From positions 1,984,001-2,048,000 of the forward strand of contig CM039002.1 of the NCBI GenBank assembly GCA_017499595.2: a stretch of 64,000 bases of DNA, read 5' to 3'. Made by a program: the position numbers and the translations under genes. Positions 54,401 to 64,000 of the stretch are shown here, piece by piece. The notes beneath the pieces were generated by a model. The model was not told the DNA's origin. It searched no databases and saw nothing but the letters and a program-made list of their open reading frames with translations. This DNA is from Psilocybe cubensis (taxonomy: Eukaryota). Each line of letters begins with the position of its first letter. Positions within the stretch are counted from its first letter, which is position 1.

Positions 54401-55290
54401 TTTCTGTCTGGTAGCCTATCAAAAGATTCCTTTGAAAAAACACCTTTAAACTGATGATAGTGCTTAGGAACAGTTTCTTCAAAGGTTTTCTTAGGGGAAT
54501 CAGCTTGCTGATGAGACTCTTCTGCTAATCTTTGAGACATAGTAGAAGTAGCATTAATAGACTGCTTCTGAGGATGAAGGTATGAGATAAAAATTCTATC
54601 CTCAGGCTCAATCTCAGAATCAGAAGAATCTTCAATAGAATCATCTTCTTCTTCATCAAATTGAGGGAGTTTCCTCCTTTTGACTGCAGCTATTCTCTGC
54701 CTCTTTCTTCTGGCTCTTTTGGCTTCCATTTGGCAGTCAGAGGGACATCTAATAAACTGGACATCCCCTGTCTTCCAATCAACATCTGGATTATGGTGCC
54801 AAAGCCAAGTATGTCCAATGATAGCAGATTTGTCTCCCAAGTCACAAACAGCAAAGGTGGCCCTTTCTGTATGGTTTTTGTGTACCATAATTAAGTCTAC
54901 TTCCTCATGGATAGAGCCACTCTTGTTGAGAGTACCATCAACATTATAGACTGGAATGGCTCTAGGAAGTTTCCTTGTGTTGAGATTATGATACTTCACA
55001 AAACCAGAATGCAGAAAGAGGCCAGTAGCTCCAGAATCAAGCAAAGCATCAACAGATAACCTTTTCTCTGTGTCCATTGTCTTTAAGATGACAGACAAAT
55101 GGGTAGAGGTTTTAGGATTATGGTTGAGGATGTAGATCTTTTCAGGGAAGGTAGAAAGAGAGGAAGAAGAAGACATGATTTCTGCACCAGAATCTGAAGA
55201 CTGAGGATCAAGTCTGTCAATTTCATTTTCTAGTACATTAAATCTATTCCATTGGGACATGTCTTTCACCAATGGTGCTTCTAAAAATTT
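51403..55290 (-). CDS. Gypsy Pol (PR-RT-RH-IN-chromodomain), in the -1 frame relative to gag
   Basis: LLDSGAT; YMDD; EADSSDYATG; H..GHPG..CDRC; ISVDF, CDRGPQF, TDGQTER; GPY; chromodomain EWEVEFI...YLVKWKNYPNEECTWEP. Confidence 0.96.
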   Translation of the reverse strand, partial: KFLEAPLVKDMSQWNRFNVLENEIDRLDPQSSDSGAEIMSSSSSLSTFPEKIYILNHNPKTSTHLSVILKTMDTEKRLSVDALLDSGATGLFLHSGFVKYHNLNTRKLPRAIPVYNVDGTLNKSGSIHEEVDLIMVHKNHTERATFAVCDLGDKSAIIGHTWLWHHNPDVDWKTGDVQFIRCPSDCQMEAKRARRKRQRIAAVKRRKLPQFDEEEDDSIEDSSDSEIEPEDRIFISYLHPQKQSINATSTMSQRLAEESHQQADSPKKTFEETVPKHYHQFKGVFSKESFDRLPDRKPWDHAIELKPGSEPYRSKIYPLSPNEQKELDAFLEENLKSGRIRPSKSPMASPVFFVKKKDGSLRLVQDYRKLNEMTIKNSYPLPLISDIITKLSKAKYFTKLDVRWGFNNVRIKKGDEWKAAFRTNRGLFEPLVMFFGLTNSPATFQTMMNDIFIELIDGNVVIVYMDDILIFTETLDHHREVVKQVLQILEQNKLYLKAEKCEFEKEKIEYLGLIISQGRIEMDPVKVEGVSKWPEPENVKDVQSFLGFVNFYRRFIEDFADIAKPLHELTKKGTVWRWSLRQQEAFDQLKKKVTSSPVLIFPDDNKPYKVEADSSDYATGAVLSQEGSDGKWHPVAFMSKSLSEVERNYEIHDKEMLAIIRALDEWRHYLEGTQHSFEIWTDHKNLEYFMVAQKLSRRQARWSLFLSRFDFTLHHRPGKRSLKPDALSRRPDHKKGENDNQNVVLLKPSYFKIQALKQGHATITGAENDLLKKIREAKEMDEKVVKAVQELKKSSTKKIEGQEWSEEQGLILYRGKVYVPKDKDLRRKIVELHHDAFIAGHPGKWKTIELVSRNYWWPGMSHFIAAYTRGCDRCNRTKTFPAKPLGLLIPTEIPSDVWQCISVDFIMGLPECQGYNAIMVVVDRLSKMIHIIPTTDEVTSEGTARLYRDYIWKHHGLPIKILCDRGPQFVSRFMKELNSILGIQTASSTAYHPQTDGQTERVNQEIEQYLRLFINHRQDDWVEWLALAEFSYNNRVQASTRQTPFMLNNGRHPRMGTEPLRDSKMDTVDTFVKNMEEARKEAESALRKAADDMAKFYNRHRGTPTQYKVGDLVWLDGKDLKTDRPSKKLDDKRYGPYKITKVISPNAYELKLPSTMKIHPVFNVVKLLPYYPDIVGRKPPSRPPPVIQGENPEWEVEFIKDSRLFRNKLQYLVKWKNYPNEECTWEPAEHLKNASKAIKDFHAKHPSAPRRISAVTFDRLSFTPIINFTEPPPLLKPSKLTHPCAHCGKCALERG

Positions 55291-56390
55291 TTCTTTTCCT
55301 CATCTTTCTGCTCCTTGCCTTCCAAGATTAATTTCCCAAAGTAGTCAGCCAGTTCTTCATGGGTCATAGCATTGATGTTAACTGATGACCTGCAGTTTAC
55401 AGCCTTATGACCAGGTTTTCTGCACTTGAAGCAAACAATTGGCCTAACTGACTTCCATCCAGAGTCAACCTCCATGGGAACTACATCTGGTTGCTTTGCC
55501 TGAGCACCAAAGGTCCTTGAGCTGCTGTTGGAAAAGACTGGAGGATTTGGAGTAGGCTTAGGAACAGCCTTGGGAGTTGGGGCTTTAAGGAAGGGAGAAG
55601 AAGAGGAGGAGGAAAGAGACTTGGTAAAGGCCTCACTCTGTCTCCACTGCCTATCTAGCCTAGTACTCCATTTAATCCATCCATCCAAGGTTTTGGGCAT
55701 GTCAGGAACATAGTAGACTGCATTCCTAAGATTTTCATTAAGCCCAGCCTTGAATTGGTCTACCAAAGCAGCATCATTATACCCAGTATCTGAGATCAGA
55801 GCCCTGAAGCTAGCAACATACTCATCAGCAGTCTGTCTGCCTTGCTTGAGCATGTGCATTTTATGCTTAGCTGTGTTGGAGGGGTCTGGATCTGCAAACA
55901 CTTCCCTAAATTCATAAACAAAATCAGCCCAAAGACCTTCTTGGGACTGAGCATTGTCTATTACTTTAGTCTTCTCATATGCCCACTTCCCAGCAGTACC
56001 TCCTTTCATATGAGATAGAGCACAAATAACTTTCTGAAAGTCATCTGTAATCCCTTTCCCATAGAAATATAATTTAAGCTGACTGAGGAAGTTTTCTGCC
56101 TTCTCCATAGAACCATCAAATGGATCTGGAGGTGAGACTTTAATGGCAGAGTGTGAACAGGAAGGGGCAACATGAGGAGTAGGGAAAGAGTGAATATCTA
56201 GAGCAGCAGGTGGTGGTGGTGGTGGTGGTGATGGTGACTGACTGACTGGTTGCTGAGGGTGTGGTGGAGTGGATAATGACTGCTGCTGCTGTCTAAGAAA
56301 ATTCAACTCTTGGGTAAGGAGCTGGACCTGATGCATGAGCTCTTCCACAGAAGGAGTGGTGGGAGGCAATTGGGAGGGGTCCATGTCCAT
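55281..56390 (-). CDS. Gypsy Gag
   Basis: PPDPFDG; LKQGRQTADEYVASF; FKAGL; PMEVD; Zn knuckle CFKCRKPGHKAVNC. Confidence 0.95.
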   Translation of the reverse strand: MDMDPSQLPPTTPSVEELMHQVQLLTQELNFLRQQQQSLSTPPHPQQPVSQSPSPPPPPPPAALDIHSFPTPHVAPSCSHSAIKVSPPDPFDGSMEKAENFLSQLKLYFYGKGITDDFQKVICALSHMKGGTAGKWAYEKTKVIDNAQSQEGLWADFVYEFREVFADPDPSNTAKHKMHMLKQGRQTADEYVASFRALISDTGYNDAALVDQFKAGLNENLRNAVYYVPDMPKTLDGWIKWSTRLDRQWRQSEAFTKSLSSSSSSPFLKAPTPKAVPKPTPNPPVFSNSSSRTFGAQAKQPDVVPMEVDSGWKSVRPIVCFKCRKPGHKAVNCRSSVNINAMTHEELADYFGKLILEGKEQKDEEKKNF

Positions 56391-56895
56391 GGGTAGGGGT
56401 AGGTAGGCTCTCTGATGTGTGTGTGGGAGAAGCTATCTACTGAAAGTGCCCTTGAAACTATACTAAGTATTCTAAAAAAAATATCTATCTACTGGATACC
56501 CAGTTGTCACACCACTCAGGGCTCTAAACCTAGGATCACAGGGTTACTGGATATTTCCTAGACCACCAAAAACAGAACACTAGTAGGACTGTGTCTGCCC
56601 CAACAGTTGGTATCCCTATCTACTAAGTTCACACACAGCACACAACAGAGAGTAGGAAAGATGATGAGCCAAAGGTCTTGAGGAAAGGTCTTGAGGAAAG
56701 GTTTTGAGGAGGATGTTGAAGATTGGTGGAGATGTAGAGATTGGTAAGAAGATTGGTGAAGAGGTTGATGAAGAGGTTGGTGGGTTGGAAGTGGAGGAAG
56801 AAGGTTGAGGTGATGGTGTTGAAGAGGTTGAAGAGGTGAAGAGTTTGGTGTTGAAAGAGAGATGGTGGAGTTGTCTTGAGAGAGCTTCAATCTTC

Positions 56896-57345
56896 TGTCA
56901 GGGCAACACTATAATCAGTGTGACAAGGCCACCAACAAAGATTAAGCAAGAAAGAGAAAGAGAGAGCAGAGGGAGAGTAAGAGAGCAAAGAGAGAATAAG
57001 AGAGTGAGAGAGATTCAATGGTTCTAAGAGATCACACCAATGATAGTGGATATCCTAAGAGATTGAAGCTGAAGCTACAGCTACCTACAAGTCCAGTATT
57101 TATACTCTACAGCTATTCTAGAATATTCCCTACATTACATCATAAAGGAAGGTTAAAGAATAAAAGTGACATCATATAGAAAAAGGATGAGTAAGACTAG
57201 GAATCATATAGAATTTACTAGAAAGAAGTGGAGCAAGAAGGCTGTGATGAAAGAAATAAACTATCTAATCAGATAATTGATAAGATAATGAAAGGATAAG
57301 ATAATTCTGTGAAGATAAAGAGGGGAAACTGGAGAAACCCTGACA
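56896..57345 (-). repeat. Gypsy 5' LTR
   Basis: Contains TATAAATA (57104-57097 on minus strand); followed by a non-tRNA PBS. Confidence 0.96.
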
Positions 57346-58659
57346 CGCGTCTTGCATCGATCCGGGCAGTACTTGCTGTTGCTGCCATCAACGACTACGA
57401 AATTCAGCAAATTGACATCAAAGGAGCGTACCTGAATGGAGTCCTCAAGTCCGACGAAATCATCTACATGCGACAAGCGCCTGGTTACGCTGTCGCACCC
57501 TCATCCTCCTCTACCCCGGTCTATCGTCTTCGAAAAGCCCTGTATGGTTTGAAGCAGGCGGGTCGGCGTTGGTACGAACGGCTCGTCGAGATAATGGTGA
57601 AGCACCTCGGCTTCTCGAGGTGCGCGGTCGACCAGGCGGTGTTCGTGAGGAAGGGAGGGCGAGGAGACTTGGTCATCGTGTTGGTACACGTTGATGATTG
57701 CACAATCGTGGCAACGCGGACTGAGCTCATAGCTGAGTTCAAAATTGCGATTAGTCAGCACGTTGATATCACGGATCTAGGCAACATACACTGGCTCTTG
57801 GGCATCGAGATCATCCGCGACCGCGCTGCGCGTCGCATCTACCTCTCCCAACGATCGTATATCGACTCGATAATTCGTCGATATGGCCTTCAGGACCTCA
57901 AGCCCGTTTCCCTGCCTATGGATCCGAACGTACGACTCACATCGACACAATCCCCGACTACCACAGCTCAATTTGCAAAGATGCGTGATGTCCCGTATCA
58001 TGAAGCGGTCGGATCGCTCATGTACGCGTCACTCGGTACGCGTCCCGACATTGCCTACGCTGTCCAGACCGTCTCGCGTTTCTCGACGAACGCCGGCGAA
58101 CCTCATTGGGAAGCGGTAAAGCGAATTTTTCGCTATCTGAAGGGCACGAAGGATCTCTGGCTGTCATATGGAGGACAGCAGAGGGAGTTAGCAGGGTACG
58201 CAGATGCGGATGGGAGCATGGCCGAGGATCGGCATGCTATCAGCGGGTACGCTTTTATTTTACACGGTGGCGCAATCTCCTGGTCGGCGAAGCGACAGGA
58301 GATTATTTCACTCTCAACAACCGAATCCGAGTATGTTGCAATTACTCACGCCGCGAAGGAAGGATTATGGCTACAATCCCTCCTCAAGGACCTCTTCCCA
58401 TTGACTCTCGACACCACCGTCTTATTTTCCGATAACCAATCCGCCATCGCGCTCACGAAAGATCATCAATATCACGCTCGCACGAAACATATCGACATAC
58501 GCTTTCATTTCATTCGATGGATCATTGAAAACGGTTCGATTCGCCTTGTCTATTGCCCGACCAACGACATGGTCGCCGACGCATTCACGAAGGCGCTTCC
58601 GTCGCCTAAAGTCAAGCATTTCGCGGCCGAGCTTGGGCTCGTATCCGTTTGAGGGGGAG

Positions 58660-59076
58660 TGTGAGATATTCAATACGCAAACGCATCGAGCACTCGGCGC
58701 GCGTACGATAGCCCTGCCCAGGGCATCCACAAACCGCCACAAGTATGTACATCTTATTATCTGTATTATACCTTTTGTTCTGTACATTCTCGGGCGCTTT
58801 CGCCACTATTCCATTTTGGTTTCTCAGTTATTCTACTGTATATACTCCGTGTTTCATAGTTGTTACTATCTATGTACATTAGCTACACGCGCATATAAAT
58901 GCGCGTGCTTCGTTCTCTCGAACCTCAGTCGTTCTGTTCGAACACGACTGAGGTGAGATTCTATTATTTGTTTCTTATTTACTTCTCACTTACTTTGTAC
59001 AAAGCTCGTATTAGGTATTTACTCAATATCAGTCGTTCTGTTCGAACACGACTGAGCTCGTATTAGTTTTCTTACA
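58660..59076 (+). repeat. Copia 3' LTR
   Basis: Preceded by PPT at 58651-58659 and followed by TSD TATTC. Confidence 0.96.
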
Positions 59077-59793
59077 TATTCCAGTGATAAGAGGATCCGT
59101 TAATGCACTATGTGTTTGAGGTTATTATGCAGACCTCTTGCTGTCTTTGAATGAGACGTACATTGCGATGTCAATCTCATCGTTGGTCAGCCGTGATATC
59201 AATTGGCCGGTTCCACCTGTTTCAAACTTTCAGAGATGTTGCGACCCATAGTCAACTCTCACTCACTTGGGCATTCTACAAGAGTAAAAGTCTTGCCAGC
59301 ATCCTGCTCAGCGAATTGAAGGAGAGGGCTTGAGAAGTGCTCTCGGACTAGTGGTGTTGAGATATTTTGTGTTGTAAATCATAGGAGTTTATGCTCACCG
59401 TATCCAATTCTAAGAGGCATATTAACTTGGAAGACGGGGGTAGAAATCGTATGAGAGAGAATGCTCACCAATCTTTATCATCACGCAAATGCACCAGTCA
59501 GCTTAATCTAATCTTAGATGGTTATCACGTTGTAACATGATGCGAAATGTCATTCCCCGTGATTTTTCCGTAACGTGTTTTGGGTGAGGGCGTGACAAGC
59601 TCGTGTTCTAATTTGAACCAAACTCAAGCTAAACTTGAGCTTTCGCCTCCTTTCAGAGTTGTATGATCAGCTGCGGATTGACGGTATTTCACCTTGCTGC
59701 ACACATCTTAAAACTCAGAACTCTTTCCAAACTTAGGGTCGACTTATAATACCATTCCTGAGTCATCGCTTGGACCACCCATGACTGATTTCA

Positions 59794-62700
59794 ATGAACG
59801 GCATTGGGAAAATCTTGACCACTATGTCGACTTCCGATGACTTAGCTCCTTCTGTGGCGATTTTGAAGAGATATTATGGCTGTGTAAAGGGCCTGCAAAA
59901 CTATTTGGCAGATATTTTGGAACTTAACGGCCGTCGTCTTGACCCCAAAGAGTTGCTCAGTGACGATGACTCACAAAGCTACCTCCAACTTTTATCGACA
60001 TCATACGTAGGAGTCAAGAATCTAACTTCTGGTAAAACCTTTCGGGTTTTCATCCCAATGCTTGGCATGAGAGAGGTATGACGCCTACACCTAGTCAGCG
60101 TATGACGAGCTCAATATAGGTGTATTTTAGGTTCTCGACTACGCCCAAGAACGATTGTTCAGAGAGAAACGTGCTAAAAACATCATTACTTCTGGTTATC
60201 GACTTGTGAGTATCAAACTTTCGGAATGTGTTATATATGATTTCACTATGCCATAGGCTTCACATGCAAATGACAATGGGAAGAAAGGGATGGCTCGGAT
60301 GGGAATCACCAATTACTTCTTGAACACCGTGATCACTGCACTTCAAGCGGAGGAGTGGGAAAACTTGCTTTCTCGGTGAGCTGTTTCAATTTATGAGCAA
60401 CTTATGAACCTAATTATATATATATATATAAGTATTGGCGAAGATGCAATGTTACATCTTCTCACAGAGACTTCGATATATGTCTCTCTCCCAAATGGAT
60501 GCCTATGTCAACTGACAGGGGAACCTTTAATCAACACAGCGCCCCCAGCCTACAATGATGAAAGCCTTCCAAAGAAGATGACACAGAAACGACTTCACGA
60601 AAATGCCACTGACACTCACAACGAAAGGCCCGCCAAACGGCTAAAGCTCGAATCTAGTGTCGCTCTTCCCAATTCAACGAAACCTTCTGGGAAACGGTGT
60701 GTTTGCAAGTTCACTTTCGATTTCTTTGTTTCTCATATATAATAATAAACCAATCTCAGAACCACCCCCATCGATATTTCTTTTATCAGATTCAGAATTT
60801 TCTACTCCAGGCCTATATCCATACCCAATAGCAGACGTATCTTGGTCGGGTTGCCCTTAAAGCGTATGTTCACACAATTGAGATATAAACTCCATCTCAT
60901 TTCAGTTATCTAGACGTTCTCAATCGAATAAGCCCTTGCTATATTGTAAAACCCCCCAATCTTGCTGGCCAGCCCTCGGTGGACGACTCGCGTCAAAACG
61001 CAGAGAATGCGCGGAGACTCTCCAAATACGTTTTCGCGCGTCAGTACGGTCTGTCAAATCCTTTTAAAACTAGCGGAGGTTCTTCTCCTTTCTACGGGGA
61101 TTATCTCGACAGAGAACTGGAAATAAAGGTACGCTTCCGCATTTCGTATCCGAATTAGTTGGACATTTATTTCATTTGATCAGTCGAAAGGGTCTTGTAA
61201 AACCCCACAACGATTGAAGGGCATTCTGCCAGTCCTCGAAAAATTGATCAGACGACATTCTAGATGTGGCTATATACCCCTCCGAGACCTCACTTGTCCT
61301 TCAAAGGTCTGCTCAGATCAATGGAGATATATTTAAATCTTGAATCATGTCTTTTAGATCAAGACCACCGGTTCAAAGGACTTTGATAGCAGTGTCATAC
61401 TGGTAAGGAATTCGCATATTTTCATTTGCTTTAGGAAAGGTTAATTCATAATTTTACATTTTTAACACAGGAAATGATGTCCGAGAATTCTATACAACTG
61501 AAATCGCAACTTGTAACCGGTCAAGGGAATATCTCGTATGATTCTTCTGGGAACCCCATACCGGCTTTCGGCCTGACGCAGGCGCAAAAACATGCCAAAC
61601 AGAAACCACGGTTTGTGGAATTTGCTTGCAGCCACCTCGAGGTACGCGTTAAAAGTTGTGCATCTGCTCACGGTTGCACTCATGGCATGTTAGGTTTTTC
61701 GATATGTCGCGCTGGTTACGAAAGCTGTCATTCCAAAAACGTTTTGGGGGTCCAAAGCGAACTTCAGGCTGGTCTTGGGCTGTACGTACACGCCTCATGT
61801 TCCGCATGGCTGTTTTGCAGACACTTACAGAGTCATTTAAGATGTAAAGGAGTTTATAAGTTCCCGAAGATATGAAACATTCACTTTGCACCATGTTCTC
61901 CAGAAATTTAGCATAACTGCTTGCGATTGGCTCGCCCCTTCTAGTCCAGGATTCTTGCAGCAAGGCAGGGTCTCCGTTTCCGATGCCGTCAAGCGCCGCC
62001 AATTATTGGAAGATTTTTTGTTTTGGTATTTTGACTCTTTCGTGTTGCTATTGCTCAAGGTAGGTATCTTTCTCAAGCATACTATATTGCTTGACTTGTC
62101 ATCTGATCATATGCATGCTAGACAAATTTCTACGTGACGGACTCCTCTGCTTTCCGTAACAATGTTCTCTATTTCAGACATGACGACTGGGCAACCTTAT
62201 GCGCTCCGTTGGTTGAAAGGTTGACATCTGTTACCTTCGAAAAGCTTACAGATGTATGTTTTGTTTTCCTTATATCCTAATACACTCATCAATTCTGTAT
62301 TCTTTGTACTCAGGAGGAGGCAGCCGCCATCTTGCGACAACGCAAATTGGGATTCTCATTTGTACGCCTTCTACCTAAAGAAACTGGTGTCAGGCCTATT
62401 GTCAATCTTCGAAGAAGGAAAGCGTCAGCAAAGGTATTGTGTATTCCTTTAAATATACCAATATGCACCAAATGCATACTATCGCAGGGCTCCTATGGCA
62501 ATGAACAGTCGATCAATCAGATCCTCCAAGGCGCCTTCAGTATTTTGACCTATGAACGGGTACGTAGTTTGCTTTTTTATGTAGTCTTATGTCGTATAAT
62601 TGGTTTTGACAAACTTACTGTGCCCAGAGTAACCAGCCTGAAAATCTCGGAGCGTCGATCTTCAATTATAATGATATATGCCTGAAGTTAAAAAAGCTGA

Positions 62701-64000
62701 AAGCCAGTCTTCCGAGAGACTCGAAAGGTGGATTGTGAGTCGAATCACCACCCTATGTCTTAACAAGTTACTAAGAATCGAAGTAGACCCAAACTTTACT
62801 TTGTGAAGCTAGATGTCCAGGCCTGTTTCGATACCATTGACCAAACAAAGTTGCTGCACGTTATACGCCAGCTGATATCAGAGGTACAGGGAATTTCTCT
62901 GATTAAGTTTTGAAGGGAATCTTATAACTTATTAGGATGTATATATGATTCAAAAATACGGACAAGTACGGTCGTTAGCTGGCAAAATCAGAAGAATGTT
63001 CCTCAAGAAGGCAGTTCCTGAAGGTGCGATTGCTTTTTCCAAGATCATGAAGTGACAAAGATTTATTTCTTTGCACATAGATGACCATCCTCATTTCATG
63101 CGTTATGCTGCTGACCTGGCTGGCTCCCTTCGCGATGTAATTTTCGTGGACCAGGTAGGCTTCATGTTTCATTCTGAACTTTGTCGACGTCCTGACCACA
63201 ATAGGTGGTTTATCCTCTTTCTAAGAAGCAGGAAGTTCTACAACTTCTCGAAGAACATATCACCGAAAATATTGTCAAGGTATCTTTCTTGCCTCGTGTA
63301 ACTGAACACTGATGGATGTAGACTGTTCTTAGATAGGCTCCACATACTATCGTCAGATGGTCGGCATTCCACAGGGATCCATTCTTTCGACTATATTATG
63401 CTCTTTCTTCTATGGAGACCTCGAAAAGAGATTTGGAAAATATACTGAAGATCCACATAGCGTGAGTGCAGCAAAATTTCACGTAAATATTATCTAACCA
63501 AAGGTATAGGCCCTTCTGCGACTTACTGATGATTATTTATTTGTTACGACAAATCTCGAGTCTGCGAAGGGATTTTTAAACATGATGAAAAAAGGTTCGC
63601 CGGCTAGACATTTCCGGTTAGCAACGAAGGCTGATATCTTTGTAGGTCATCCGGAATATGGATGCTTCATCGCACAAGACAAAACTTTAACGAACTTTGA
63701 ACATGGTGACCATACGCTGAATGTATTGGACCTAACTCAAAAATGTGTGTGTTGTCATATTTTCAGAACATCCTCAATTTTTGACGGATTAATCAAGCTT
63801 TTCCTTGGTGCGGCCTTCTGATTGGAATGCAAGACTTATCAGTTAGGGTGGACTACAGTCGATACAACGGAAGCGGTAAGCGATTCATGATCCTCTTTTC
63901 TTTGAAGAGTATGATTTTGAGCGTTATCACGAGCAGGAATCGGAAGCACGCTAACCGTAGACAGAGGCCGACGCCCTGGCGTATCTTTCATCTACAAGAT
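59794..64000 (+). CDS. TERT: Telomerase reverse transcriptase, many exons, runs off the window end
   Basis: TEN: KNIITSGY, WENLLSRIGEDAMLHLL..CLCQLTGEP; T motif FYVTDSSAFRNNVLYFRHDDW; RLLPKETGVRPIVNL; motif A YFVKLDVQACFDTI; B' GIPQGSILSTILC; C LLRLTDDYLF; E FPWCG. Start is 59794 or 59824. Confidence 0.96.

Larger units (their letters stand above)
50953..57345 (-). mobile_element. Ty3/Gypsy chromovirus LTR retrotransposon, full length and apparently intact (6393 bp)
   Basis: 450-bp LTRs with TGTCAGGG..CCCTGACA ends; 5-bp TSD CGCGT (50948-50952, 57346-57350); PPT AGAGAGGGGG; gag plus pol. Confidence 0.98.
47658..58652 (+). pseudogene. Copia gag-pol polyprotein (47658-50952 joined to 57351-58652), interrupted in RT
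   Basis: Zn knuckle CYNCGEKGHFKRNC; PR YDSGSTRH; HRRMGH..CESC; IN HSDLWGP, HSDKGGEY, NGVAERRN; RT VHVDDC; RH YADAD, RTKHIDIR. Extra G at 50912-50915 plus the Gypsy insertion. Confidence 0.95.
47166..59076 (+). mobile_element. Ty1/Copia LTR retrotransposon, full length, with a nested Gypsy
   Basis: 417-bp TG..CA LTRs; 5-bp TSD TATTC (47161-47165, 59077-59081); PBS GGTTATGGGCCC; PPT GAGGGGGAG; domain order gag-PR-IN-RT-RH. Confidence 0.97.
46145..59420 (-). pseudogene. Periplasmic-binding-protein-II fold gene (SsuA/THI5/Ca3427-like) disrupted in exon 4 by the Copia insertion
   Basis: 5' exons MPLRIGY-VREHFSSPL..ECP-SGTGQLISRL..-ALTDPLITG (59420-59077) join across TSD TATTC to IANGSKAYKLVGSFVSTPLNW; then IGISRYGSGS, AFMWEWFTTKP, VPTPWPSW; stop at 46145. 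Confidence 0.9.

Noticed and set aside
56558-56890. 110-aa ORF upstream of Gypsy gag as an extra gene
   Set aside because: Non-ATG start overlapping the PBS, in a low-complexity leader with strand-biased composition.

Overview
Intron-rich fungal genomic DNA, most likely from a mushroom-forming basidiomycete. Host genes: macro-domain protein, YANK/STK32-type kinase, TRP/Yvc1-like channel, a divergent MBOAT + SAM-methyltransferase pair, Yip1-family protein, RPT2, IWS1/SPN1, a small complex I subunit missed by the ORF track, a TPR protein, two hypotheticals and most of the telomerase catalytic subunit (TERT). Two nested transposon stacks interrupt these genes. Stack 1 (11.5-28.8 kb): an old TIR element carrying a broken HECT-like E3 gene has received three insertions. 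These are an 8.1-kb IS3EU-like element (26-bp TIRs, 6-bp TSD GGCTAC) with a seemingly intact spliced DDE transposase and an alpha-kinase passenger, a 1-kb TA-flanked element with two tRNA-like cassettes, and a 3.85-kb foldback with 1.64-kb arms. Stack 2 (47.2-59.1 kb): a young CpG-rich Copia sits in an exon of a host PBP-II/THI5-like gene next to TERT. It is itself split by a young, intact chromovirus Gypsy that has a Tf1-type self-priming site, a -1 frameshift heptamer and, on a by-eye scan, no CpG in 6.4 kb. All gene models, alignments and counts were made by eye, so boundaries may be off by a few bases and family names come from recalled motifs, not database searches.
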